This document shows positions 49,683-58,087 of a DNA stretch of 64,000 nt, piece by piece. The DNA comes from Candidatus Zambryskibacteria bacterium RIFOXYD1_FULL_40_13 (lineage in GTDB: Bacteria; Patescibacteriota; Minisyncoccia; Phycocordibacterales; DATDWN01). The stretch covers positions 5,034 through 69,033 of the forward strand of contig MHWY01000001.1 of assembly GCA_001824295.1 (NCBI GenBank), written 5' to 3'. The translations under genes and the position numbers were made by a program. Under the pieces are notes generated by a model that was not told where the DNA came from, searched no databases, and saw nothing but the letters and a program-made list of their open reading frames with translations. Position 1 is the stretch's first letter. The number at the start of each line of letters is the position of its first letter.

Positions 49683-51786
49683 ATATGTCGATGGTGGCTT
49701 TTGTAGCGTTCGACTGGATAAAACTCTTCCTCGCAGGCACATCCGTACCCATCAAAATATCAAACACCTTGTCTGCAGAAACTGTATCCTCTATAACAAC
49801 TTGTTTCAGAATTCTTCTTGCGGGGTCCATGGTTGTCTCCCACAGTTCTTCTGAGTTCATTTCTCCAAGACCTTTGTATCGCTGAATATGAAGCTTGGCT
49901 GTTTTGGGTTTATCTCCCCTTTTACCCTTCTTGTTTTCCTCATCTGTTTCCTCTTCCACCTCTTCTCCTTCTGGTTGTACCTCTTCAACCTCAGTTATTT
50001 CTTCGACTACCTCATTGCCAACAATCTTAGCCTTATCGTCATCTGAGTATGCGTAAAATATCTCTTTGCCTTTTTTGATTTTATAAAGTGGTGGTTGGGC
50101 AATATAAACGAACCCGCCGTCTATAAGTGGTCTGAAATATCTATAAAGCAGAGTCAAAATAAGCGTTCGTATGTGGGCTCCGTCCACGTCGGCATCTGTT
50201 GCTATGATTATTTTGTGATACCTTAGTTTCGCCACATCAAACGTATCCCCTATGGCAGTGCCGAGAGCGATAACTAAGTTTCTTATTTGTTCTGACTCAA
50301 GCAGTCTATCAAGTCTTGCTCTTTCAATATTCAAAATCTTACCTCTAAGTGGAAGTATGGCCTGTGTTCGTCTATCGCGTCCAGTCTTGGCCGTACCTCC
50401 AGCGGAATCTCCCTCCACAATAAACAGTTCTGAATCCTCTGCACTCTTACTCTGACAGTCAGCGAGTTTTCCAGGAAGAGTCATGCCCTCTAGTGCACCC
50501 TTACGGAGAACAGAATCTTTGGCGGCCTTTGCTGCCTTACGAGCCTTAAGTGCAATAACTACTTTGTTTATTATGGCCTTGGCATCGTCTGGATTTTCCT
50601 CAAGAAAATATGTGAAGGCTTCCGAGAAAACAGTATTCACAGAACCCTGAGCTTCGACAGAGCCAAGCTTAGCCTTTGTTTGGCCTTCAAACTGAATCTC
50701 ACGAAGTTTTACAGAAATAACGGCAGTTAGCCCCTCCAAAACGTCATCACCAGTAAAATTATCCTCGCTCTCTTTTATCAAGTTATTTTTTCTACCATAA
50801 GTATTTAGAGTTCTGGTCAAGGCCGTCTTAAACCCGGTGACATGAGTACCACCCTCTGGGTTATAAATGTTGTTTGCAAATGGTAAAAGTCGGCAAGAGA
50901 TATCATCTACATATTGCAAGGAGATTTCTACCGATTCGTACTCATTGGTTTTCTTTTCCACATAAAAAACATTTTTATGTATTGGTTTTTGGTCGCTGTT
51001 ATAAAACTTAACAAGAGACAAGAGACCTCCTTCAAAGTAAAAGGTCATAGACGGTATTTCTAGCCCTAACTCAGTTACATTGAAAACATCTTCTTCTTTT
51101 ATTTTACCTGTATAATTTCTCGCATCATTCACAACAATTCTAAGACCCTTAACCAAGTAAGCTTGCTGACGTAAGTGTTCAACAACTTTATCAAAATCAA
51201 ACTCAATGATTGGGAAAATGGCTTTGTCTGGTTCAAAAACCACAACAGTACCTTTTTCTTTTGTCGTTCCGATTTTTTTGACACTGGCTTTCTTTTTTCC
51301 CTGAGAATATTCCTGCATGTAAATACCTCCGTCTTTGTAAACGGTAACCTTACAATATACAGAAAGGGCGTTGACCACCGACGCACCAACTCCATGAAGT
51401 CCTCCCGAAACCTTGTAACCACCACCCTCACCACCAAATTTACCACCAGCATGCAGTGTGGTCATAATAGTCTCTAGAGCAGAGACTTTGGTTTGTTTAT
51501 GAATATCAACCGGAATACCGCGACCGTTATCTGTAACACGAATTCTGTTTCCAGGTAGTAAAGTAACCTCTATATGACTAGCAAAACCACCCATGGCTTC
51601 ATCACGAGAGTTATCAAAAATCTCCCAGATAAGATGGTGTAGACCATCTAATCCAGTTGTACCAATGTACATACCTGGGCGCTTTCTTACGGGTTCTAGA
51701 CCCTCAAGGATTTGGATTGCATCAGCTCCGTAACTATCCTTACCCTGAGCTTTGCCGGTGGGCTTTTTCTGTGTTGTTTTAACCAT
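49681..51786 (-). CDS. gyrB: DNA gyrase subunit B
   Basis: VRKRPGMYIG, LHAGGKF, EGDSAGG, PLRGK, DADVDG, RYKGLGEM. Confidence 0.96.
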   Translation of the reverse strand: MVKTTQKKPTGKAQGKDSYGADAIQILEGLEPVRKRPGMYIGTTGLDGLHHLIWEIFDNSRDEAMGGFASHIEVTLLPGNRIRVTDNGRGIPVDIHKQTKVSALETIMTTLHAGGKFGGEGGGYKVSGGLHGVGASVVNALSVYCKVTVYKDGGIYMQEYSQGKKKASVKKIGTTKEKGTVVVFEPDKAIFPIIEFDFDKVVEHLRQQAYLVKGLRIVVNDARNYTGKIKEEDVFNVTELGLEIPSMTFYFEGGLLSLVKFYNSDQKPIHKNVFYVEKKTNEYESVEISLQYVDDISCRLLPFANNIYNPEGGTHVTGFKTALTRTLNTYGRKNNLIKESEDNFTGDDVLEGLTAVISVKLREIQFEGQTKAKLGSVEAQGSVNTVFSEAFTYFLEENPDDAKAIINKVVIALKARKAAKAAKDSVLRKGALEGMTLPGKLADCQSKSAEDSELFIVEGDSAGGTAKTGRDRRTQAILPLRGKILNIERARLDRLLESEQIRNLVIALGTAIGDTFDVAKLRYHKIIIATDADVDGAHIRTLILTLLYRYFRPLIDGGFVYIAQPPLYKIKKGKEIFYAYSDDDKAKIVGNEVVEEITEVEEVQPEGEEVEEETDEENKKGKRGDKPKTAKLHIQRYKGLGEMNSEELWETTMDPARRILKQVVIEDTVSADKVFDILMGTDVPARKSFIQSNATKATIDI

Positions 51787-51890
51787 GATTTTCAGCTATT
51801 TATTTATGTTGTTTGGCTTATATTATAGCAAAAAGCCAAGCTAAAAGCTAGTGATTTTGAGTGGAAAAGATGGCTAACACATTGCCAGAT

Positions 51891-52451
51891 TTACCCCTTT
51901 TTCTCGAAATGTTGGTAATCAATTCTCCCACTTTCCGCTGTCCAATCCCCTCCCCAGTCCCAGCCGAGACTCTTCATGAGAACAACCAGTGGGTGGTCAG
52001 AAGTTAGTGTGCCTAGAATAGTTTGGTCGTAAACACCATCTACAGGTGCTTTAAAAATTTCCTTCAAATTTTCATCGAATCTCACATAAAGATTTTGCAC
52101 TGGGTTTATGTCAAAGGCCATACCGGTTGAGTGTTTTGATAATCTGTTTGTTCCTGCCACAAGTCTATAATTAAACCCGGAAGAATTATTATCCGCACAG
52201 GAAACATCATCATCCCATTTATATTTTTGGTCACCAATAGGTATTACCTTTTCAATTGGAAATTTTATGTGAAGTGCCAGCTTGAAAAAGCTCCTGACAT
52301 CCTCGGCTACAATTTTATTGACAACAATCTGCCCGGAGTGAATCTGACCGTCAAAACCAAAGTAATCTACAGAAAGAACTACCTGGGAATCTAAAACATT
52401 CTGTGGCGCCTGGCTATTTGGGTTTTGCATCAATATCTCCTTTTCTTCCAT
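51891..52451 (-). CDS. M15 family metallopeptidase
   Basis: FNYR, SKHSTGMAFDINP, WGGDW, DYQHFE. Confidence 0.9.
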   Translation of the reverse strand: MEEKEILMQNPNSQAPQNVLDSQVVLSVDYFGFDGQIHSGQIVVNKIVAEDVRSFFKLALHIKFPIEKVIPIGDQKYKWDDDVSCADNNSSGFNYRLVAGTNRLSKHSTGMAFDINPVQNLYVRFDENLKEIFKAPVDGVYDQTILGTLTSDHPLVVLMKSLGWDWGGDWTAESGRIDYQHFEKKG

Positions 52452-52515
52452 ATAATTTAATTATACACAATACACTGGTTTGACAAGACCCGATAAATAA
52501 AATACAGTTCATAGT

Positions 52516-52611
52516 ATGAATCCGCAAAAACCGATCGCTTCGAAAAACATTGGTGCAGTTCACTTTTTTTGGACTCTGTTTCCAGAGCCTATTTTTGCGT
52601 TTATGAAATAA
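52516..52611 (+). CDS. Putative leader peptide MNPQKPIASKNIGAVHFFWTLFPEPIFAFMK
   Basis: ATG about 7 nt after TTGACA-N17-TACAGT; followed by alternative antiterminator/terminator pairings. Confidence 0.6.
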   Translation: MNPQKPIASKNIGAVHFFWTLFPEPIFAFMK

Positions 52612-52666
52612 CTATCTAACACATCATAAACATAAAAATGGACTCTGGAAACGGAGTCCATTTTTT
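52570..52666 (+). promoter_or_regulatory. Attenuator-like switch
   Basis: 52570-52606 is largely complementary to 52624-52660; alternative terminator atggactc/gagtccat plus T run. Confidence 0.7.
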
Positions 52667-52714
52667 GTTACCACAGTTCTTTCACATCAACCAACAACAA
52701 ACAAGGAGACCACA

Positions 52715-53830
52715 ATGTTCAAAGTGAACCCGGCAAGCGTCAACGACCTCCTGCACCTCGTGGCAACGGGCGCTCCCGTGACCATGACCTCCCATCCTGG
52801 GAACGCATCACTCTACAAACTCTCCCTGTGGGCTTGTGGAATACCTGAGCACCTCTGGGATATCACCTGCTGTAAAGCAGACGCCAACAATTGGCCGATG
52901 TTCCGGCTGGTCGAGGGGCGTGCTGAACTCCTGATTGACGAAGGGTTGTATCAGAGAATCATGACTGAGACAAACCCAAGCAAAAGGTTCGTCACCGCCT
53001 ATCAAGAAACCACAAGCGGAGAACGCCTTGGACGCACCCATGTCAGAGCTTGTGAGGCTTGTTTTCCGAAAGCAATCTCGTCGTGCTCGCGCCTCATCCT
53101 TTCGGAAAGCAACAAAGCCAAGGAGATGTTTTTGTACTTGGCCGAAACCAAGAGGGACGAGGTATTCACACGCAGAATCGACCACGAGGGCGTGATGACG
53201 CCGGTCTGCTCGCACGGCCAGAGCTCGGTTGAGGTTGTCGAGTCATTTTTTAATGTTCTCGGCGAACTGGACCACCTGCTCTTCAGTGACGAGCAAATCA
53301 CCACATTGGGTGGAATCTGCTACGACGGCGTGATGGTTCCCCTCGCCACCATGCTCTGCCAGTATTGGCAGATGGGTCGAATCGACCGCTACGACATCTC
53401 TGGCCCCGACATGATTCACTACGCATCACAAAACGGGTTTCAGGGTGATATGTCACGCATGCTCGCCCATCTTCGGAAATGGAATCCGAAACTTGTTCCT
53501 CCCACCATTGTTACCCGGATGTTTCCCGGAACTGTGGCGAGAATCGGGCACATAAGGAATCATGTTTCCGAGGAAGTCATGACGAGAAAGGTACAAGCCC
53601 TTAGAAGTCCTCCAGCCGGGGAGTGGAAGAAGAGGCTCTGGGAAGTGGCCAAGGAAGATGAGGCCAGCTGGCCAATACAGGTCAAGCCAGCGCAGGACCA
53701 CTACTTCTCCCAACACGACTTGCTGGCCCTCGGGAAGGAGCTTTTGGTTGATGAGTACTGGAGAGAGATTCCGCTTGAGAATATGCGTGAAACTCTCGCC
53801 AGAGCCAACTCCCTACTTCGCTTGAGGTAG
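52715..53830 (+). CDS. Hypothetical enzyme-sized protein (371 aa)
   Basis: Long GC-richer ORF, AGGAG SD, terminator at 53845-53873. Confidence 0.8.
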   Translation: MFKVNPASVNDLLHLVATGAPVTMTSHPGNASLYKLSLWACGIPEHLWDITCCKADANNWPMFRLVEGRAELLIDEGLYQRIMTETNPSKRFVTAYQETTSGERLGRTHVRACEACFPKAISSCSRLILSESNKAKEMFLYLAETKRDEVFTRRIDHEGVMTPVCSHGQSSVEVVESFFNVLGELDHLLFSDEQITTLGGICYDGVMVPLATMLCQYWQMGRIDRYDISGPDMIHYASQNGFQGDMSRMLAHLRKWNPKLVPPTIVTRMFPGTVARIGHIRNHVSEEVMTRKVQALRSPPAGEWKKRLWEVAKEDEASWPIQVKPAQDHYFSQHDLLALGKELLVDEYWREIPLENMRETLARANSLLRLR

Positions 53831-53912
53831 TGCGGGCATGGCTTAACCCCACTGACTGAACATCGGTGGGGTTATTTTGTATATGTGTGGATGTTTATGT
53901 TATACTCTACTT

Positions 53913-53975
53913 ATGTGCAAAAGCTTACAGCAAAACATAGCGTTCTTCTTTTTTGGCTATTTTCTCGAAGGCTGA
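53913..53975 (+). CDS. Phe-rich leader peptide MCKSLQQNIAFFFFGYFLEG (PheM-like)
   Basis: Four consecutive Phe codons plus one more, directly upstream of PheRS; TGTTATACT extended -10 just before the ATG. Confidence 0.8.
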   Translation: MCKSLQQNIAFFFFGYFLEG

Positions 53976-54043
53976 TGCTTGCGCTGTAGAAATCTCCAAA
54001 ATACAACCCAAACACCAGCCTTCGAGGCTGGTGTTTACTTTTT
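53964..54043 (+). promoter_or_regulatory. pheS transcription attenuator
   Basis: Terminator aaacaccagcct-tcg-aggctggtgttt; antiterminator 53964-53977 pairs 13/14 with 54013-54026. Confidence 0.8.
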
Positions 54044-54069
54044 ATCAAATTTTAACTAGACTAAACAAC

Positions 54070-55266
54070 ATGACAAATGAACAAAACAAGACCCAAGAAG
54101 AGTTGTATGGGGATGCCTCCCTCTCCCGAAAAATATATGAAACCCCCTCAGAGAAAGAAGAAAAGCTCTTAGAAGAGTTAAACCATAGAACAGATACCGA
54201 AAGTTCAAGAATGAAGCAATACTTGGCAATGAAAGACCTTTCTAGAACCCCAGAAAGTCCGCTTTTTGAAATGATAGAGCGGGTAACAAACATCCCGATT
54301 CTGAAAAACTTTGACCTAATAAAAGTGCCAGAAATAGTAACTGCAGAGGTTACATTTGACCTGTTCAATTTCCCTTTAAATCACCCAGCAAGAAGTAAGT
54401 CGGACACATACTATCTCAACGAAAATTATATTTTGAGGACACATTGTACAGTAATGTGGTACTACTACCTCGCCCTAAAAGAGGTCAGGGAGCAGTTAAA
54501 AAATGGCCAGGCTATAGGTGTTCTGTCTCACGGCAAGGTGTACAGAAAGGACGAGATAGACAGAAACCACATGAACATCTTCCACCAAATTGATGGGCTA
54601 TATTTGTGTAAGACAAATAAACACGTCATTACCCAGGAAGACCTAAAAGATGTCTTGTCTGGAATAGCAAAATCAGTCTTCGGCGAAAATGTTAAGTACA
54701 GATTCAACGATGACACATTCCCCTACACCAACCAAAGTATCGAGATGGAAATAGACAAGGATGGCAACTGGATAGAAGTTTTAGGAGCAGGGGTTGTGCA
54801 ACCAGCAGTTTTGGAAAAGCTTGGCGTTGATTCAAAAGAGTACAATGGCTGGGCATTCGGCTTCGGTCTTGAAAGGCTTGCTATTATAAGCATGGAACTC
54901 CCCGATATTCGCCTACTTTGGTCAGAAGACCCAAGGGTTACAAAGCAGTTAAAACTTGGCAACAAATTTGTAGAAGTAAGCAAGTATCCACCAATAGTCC
55001 GAGATATCTCGTTCGTTGTAAAAAACGACTTTGTGCCAAATGATTACTTTGACCTGGTCAGAGAAACAGCTCCAAATTTGGTAGAGGAGGTACACCTTCT
55101 TGATAAATATGAGAATGCTGAAAAGTTTGGAGAGAACATGGTCAGTTATGCGTTCCGAATCACCTATCGTTCAACCGAGAGAACCCTGACTTCGGAAGAA
55201 ATTGATGCAGTACACAAAAAGCTAGAAAAGGTCACATCAGAGCTATTTAGTGCTACGGTTCGTTAA
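54070..55266 (+). CDS. pheS: Phenylalanine--tRNA ligase, alpha catalytic domain fused to FDX-ACB anticodon-binding domain
   Basis: HPAR..DTYY, LRTH, VYRKDEID, FHQ, FPYT, AFGFGLERLA; then SKYPPIVRDISF...YRSTERTLT. Confidence 0.93.
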   Translation: MTNEQNKTQEELYGDASLSRKIYETPSEKEEKLLEELNHRTDTESSRMKQYLAMKDLSRTPESPLFEMIERVTNIPILKNFDLIKVPEIVTAEVTFDLFNFPLNHPARSKSDTYYLNENYILRTHCTVMWYYYLALKEVREQLKNGQAIGVLSHGKVYRKDEIDRNHMNIFHQIDGLYLCKTNKHVITQEDLKDVLSGIAKSVFGENVKYRFNDDTFPYTNQSIEMEIDKDGNWIEVLGAGVVQPAVLEKLGVDSKEYNGWAFGFGLERLAIISMELPDIRLLWSEDPRVTKQLKLGNKFVEVSKYPPIVRDISFVVKNDFVPNDYFDLVRETAPNLVEEVHLLDKYENAEKFGENMVSYAFRITYRSTERTLTSEEIDAVHKKLEKVTSELFSATVR

Positions 55267-55274
55267 CGAAACAC

Positions 55275-56522
55275 ATGTACGAGGCTACAAATACAATTAC
55301 ATATATACTTCTTTTTATTTCTCTGTATTTTGAGGTCTTTATTCTTATTACATATTTTGAAAATCGCCTAGAAATAAAGAAGGAGGAAAATTATGTATCA
55401 CTTGGACTAAAAAAATATCCAACAGTCACGATAATAGTTCCATGTTGGAATGAAGAACTCACCGTTTCCAAAACCGTTCACTCACTTCTCGCCCTAGATT
55501 ATCCAAAAAACAAATTAAAAATAATGGTTATAGATGACGGCTCCACCGATAAAACCTGGGAGAAAATTCAGAAGTTCAAAAACAATCCACAGGTAGAAAT
55601 ACATACCAAAGCAAACGGGGGCAAATATACCGCCCTTAATTTTGGAATCTCAAAATTAAATAGCGACTTAGTTGGGTGCCTAGATGCGGATTCATATGTT
55701 CACAAAGATGCACTAAAGAATATCGCTACCTATTTCCAAGATAAGGAAACAATGGCTGTAGCCCCATCTGTCGGTCTGTGGCAACCAAAGGGTCCACTTC
55801 AACTTCTTCAAAAAGTAGATTATGCGTTCGGAATATTCAACAGAAAAATGTTTCATTTTTTACAAGCTGTTTATATTACTCCTGGGCCATTTTCTATATT
55901 CAGACTTAGTGTATTCAAAAAACTGGGGGGATACAGACACGCACACAACACCGAAGATATTGAAATTGCTCTAAGGATGCAAAAAAATGGCTACAAGATT
56001 GTTCACGCACATAACGCTATGGTATATACAGTTGCTCCAAATAGTCTCAGAAAACTACTAAAACAAAGAACAAGGTGGGTATACGGTTTTATCAAAAATG
56101 CAGGTGACTATAGACATATGTTCTTTAAGCGAGAGTACGGAAACTTGGGTGTATTTATATTACCAATGGCTGCGATTTCCATTATCTCTATTCTAACTAT
56201 TGCAAGTATTTCTATCTTTGGAATTCTTAACTCTCTTGTAAACAAATACCTAGAAATTCAAACAGTTGGATTAAGTTTTCATTGGCCATTTAGCAGATTT
56301 GAGTGGTTTTATGTAAATACAGAAATCATGTCAATTATCGCCATAGTAGCTGCCACAGGTACAATAACAATGATAGTGGTATCAAAAAGAATGGCAGAAG
56401 GAAAGTTTAATTTTGGAATGGACTTGATATATTTTCTAACATTGTATATGTTTATAGCGCCCCTATGGATTGGTAAGGCAGTCTACAATGTGATATTTAG
56501 TGTTAAGGCCTCTTGGAGATAA
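55275..56522 (+). CDS. Processive GT2 glycosyltransferase (PgaC/IcaA-like)
   Basis: DDGS, DAD, TED and QRTRW motifs with flanking TM helices. Confidence 0.9.
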   Translation: MYEATNTITYILLFISLYFEVFILITYFENRLEIKKEENYVSLGLKKYPTVTIIVPCWNEELTVSKTVHSLLALDYPKNKLKIMVIDDGSTDKTWEKIQKFKNNPQVEIHTKANGGKYTALNFGISKLNSDLVGCLDADSYVHKDALKNIATYFQDKETMAVAPSVGLWQPKGPLQLLQKVDYAFGIFNRKMFHFLQAVYITPGPFSIFRLSVFKKLGGYRHAHNTEDIEIALRMQKNGYKIVHAHNAMVYTVAPNSLRKLLKQRTRWVYGFIKNAGDYRHMFFKREYGNLGVFILPMAAISIISILTIASISIFGILNSLVNKYLEIQTVGLSFHWPFSRFEWFYVNTEIMSIIAIVAATGTITMIVVSKRMAEGKFNFGMDLIYFLTLYMFIAPLWIGKAVYNVIFSVKASWR

Positions 56523-56525
56523 AAT

Positions 56526-57230
56526 ATGGAACCAAAAAAAATAAATTCAAAAAAATATCTGTTCTCATTTATTATTACGGCAATCATATTTGCTACTGCG
56601 ATTTACCTTAGCAATTATTTTAGTCAGAAAAAACTTGATGAGATTAGAAACATTCAAGACAAAATATCAATTGATATCCTTTCATCAGAAACTCAATTTT
56701 CTTTGCTTGAGGAATCTCTTTGTAAAGACCTTGGAACTGAAACCCTATCCTCCGAGCTTGGTGAACTTGAAAACAAGCTAGCTTACACAGAAAACATGCG
56801 TGGTGTAAATGACCCAGAAGTTACAACTCTGAAGAGATACTATTCCCTCTTAGAAATAAAGGATTACCTATTAATGAACAAGATAAGTGAGAAATGTAAC
56901 AAAACCCCACTTTCAATAATATATTTTTATTCGACAAATAATGACTGTCTAGACTGCGAAAAGGAAGGTTATGTACTGACAAAACTTAGAGAAACATACC
57001 CTGACCTACGAATATACTCTTTTGACTACAACCTAGACCTATCTGCCGTCAGAACTCTTATATCTATAAATAAAACAAGGAATGAGCTTCCTGCGCTCAT
57101 TATAAAAGATAAGACATATTATGGATTTCAAAGTATAGAAGATTTAGAGAAAAACGTTCCCGAGCTCCGTTTGCTTAGGAATACAAAGACCGCAACGAGT
57201 ACAACAGCTACAAGCACGAAGAAGAATTAA
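56526..57230 (+). CDS. Membrane-anchored protein with thioredoxin-like CxxC
   Basis: N-terminal TM, YFYS..DCLDC, LPALII; 3 nt after the GT2 gene. Confidence 0.7.
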   Translation: MEPKKINSKKYLFSFIITAIIFATAIYLSNYFSQKKLDEIRNIQDKISIDILSSETQFSLLEESLCKDLGTETLSSELGELENKLAYTENMRGVNDPEVTTLKRYYSLLEIKDYLLMNKISEKCNKTPLSIIYFYSTNNDCLDCEKEGYVLTKLRETYPDLRIYSFDYNLDLSAVRTLISINKTRNELPALIIKDKTYYGFQSIEDLEKNVPELRLLRNTKTATSTTATSTKKN

Positions 57231-57649
57231 TAATTTTTAATGTATTTATTCACCCTCCATCTTCTACCATTGCCCCTGTTTAAATTTTTATAGAAAGGAG
57301 TAAGAGCGTGACAGTTTGGACACAATAACCTCAGATTATCTTCTCTATTATTTTCTGAATTTCCATCCACATGTTCTATTTCTAAAGGGACCACCCCTGT
57401 AATAGGATGTTTTTTCGTCCAACCACAAACAGAACATTTGTTATTAAATTTTTCTAACAGATACTGCCTTAAATGCACAGAAATGTTTCTTGACGTTATT
57501 CCTATATTTCCTTGTATTTGTCCTTTTTTCCAAGATTCAACCCAGTGTCTGTGCTGGTATTCCATCTGGCAAGAATTGGAGCAAAACTTTATTTTGTGTC
57601 TGATTTTCAATTCTAAATTACAACCAATACAAAACCTTACTTTTTCCAT
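57227..57649 (-). CDS. HNH endonuclease with N-terminal zinc-binding motif
   Basis: CIGC...FCSNSC; CSVCG...LEIEHVDGNSENN...NLRLLCPNCH. Confidence 0.9.
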   Translation of the reverse strand: MEKVRFCIGCNLELKIRHKIKFCSNSCQMEYQHRHWVESWKKGQIQGNIGITSRNISVHLRQYLLEKFNNKCSVCGWTKKHPITGVVPLEIEHVDGNSENNREDNLRLLCPNCHALTPFYKNLNRGNGRRWRVNKYIKNY

Positions 57650-57835
57650 ATCTTAATAGTATACCACAAGCCACTAGTCCACAGTGGTACAAGATACAAA
57701 AACAACCCCTTGTAAGAGATTGTTTTCTTGAGTGTTTATATGATTCCGCTCGAACTTACTTTATCAAAAATTCGTGAGTAATGAAATGTTTGCAATCTCG
57801 GCAAATGAATTCCGTCACGGCTCGCTTCGAGCTAC

Positions 57836-57920
57836 GCCCAACCCTGTTTTTGATTCTTAGTTTTTTTGGCGGGACATTTCTTTGAATTCACATTCCTATT
57901 GGTATCAAACAGGGTTGGGC
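57836..57920. repeat. Inverted repeat in long intergenic region
   Basis: gcccaaccctgttt / aaacagggttgggc, perfect 14 bp. Confidence 0.75.
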
Positions 57921-58087
57921 TCCACTCTTTCGCTCTCCGTCCGCCCTCGCCTCGCCACCGTATTCATTCTAGATTTTTTGGCGCGGATTTCTTTTGATTT
58001 GTATGGCGGTGGTGGGGCTCGGGGCGGGTAATTTTACGCTAAATTATGACATTGTAATATGTTTTAATAATACGATATACTATGGAT

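Noticed and set aside
57650-58087. Possible DGR template repeat or tRNA in the long intergenic region
   Set aside because: No similarity to the VRs, no AAC-rich tract, and no complete cloverleaf.
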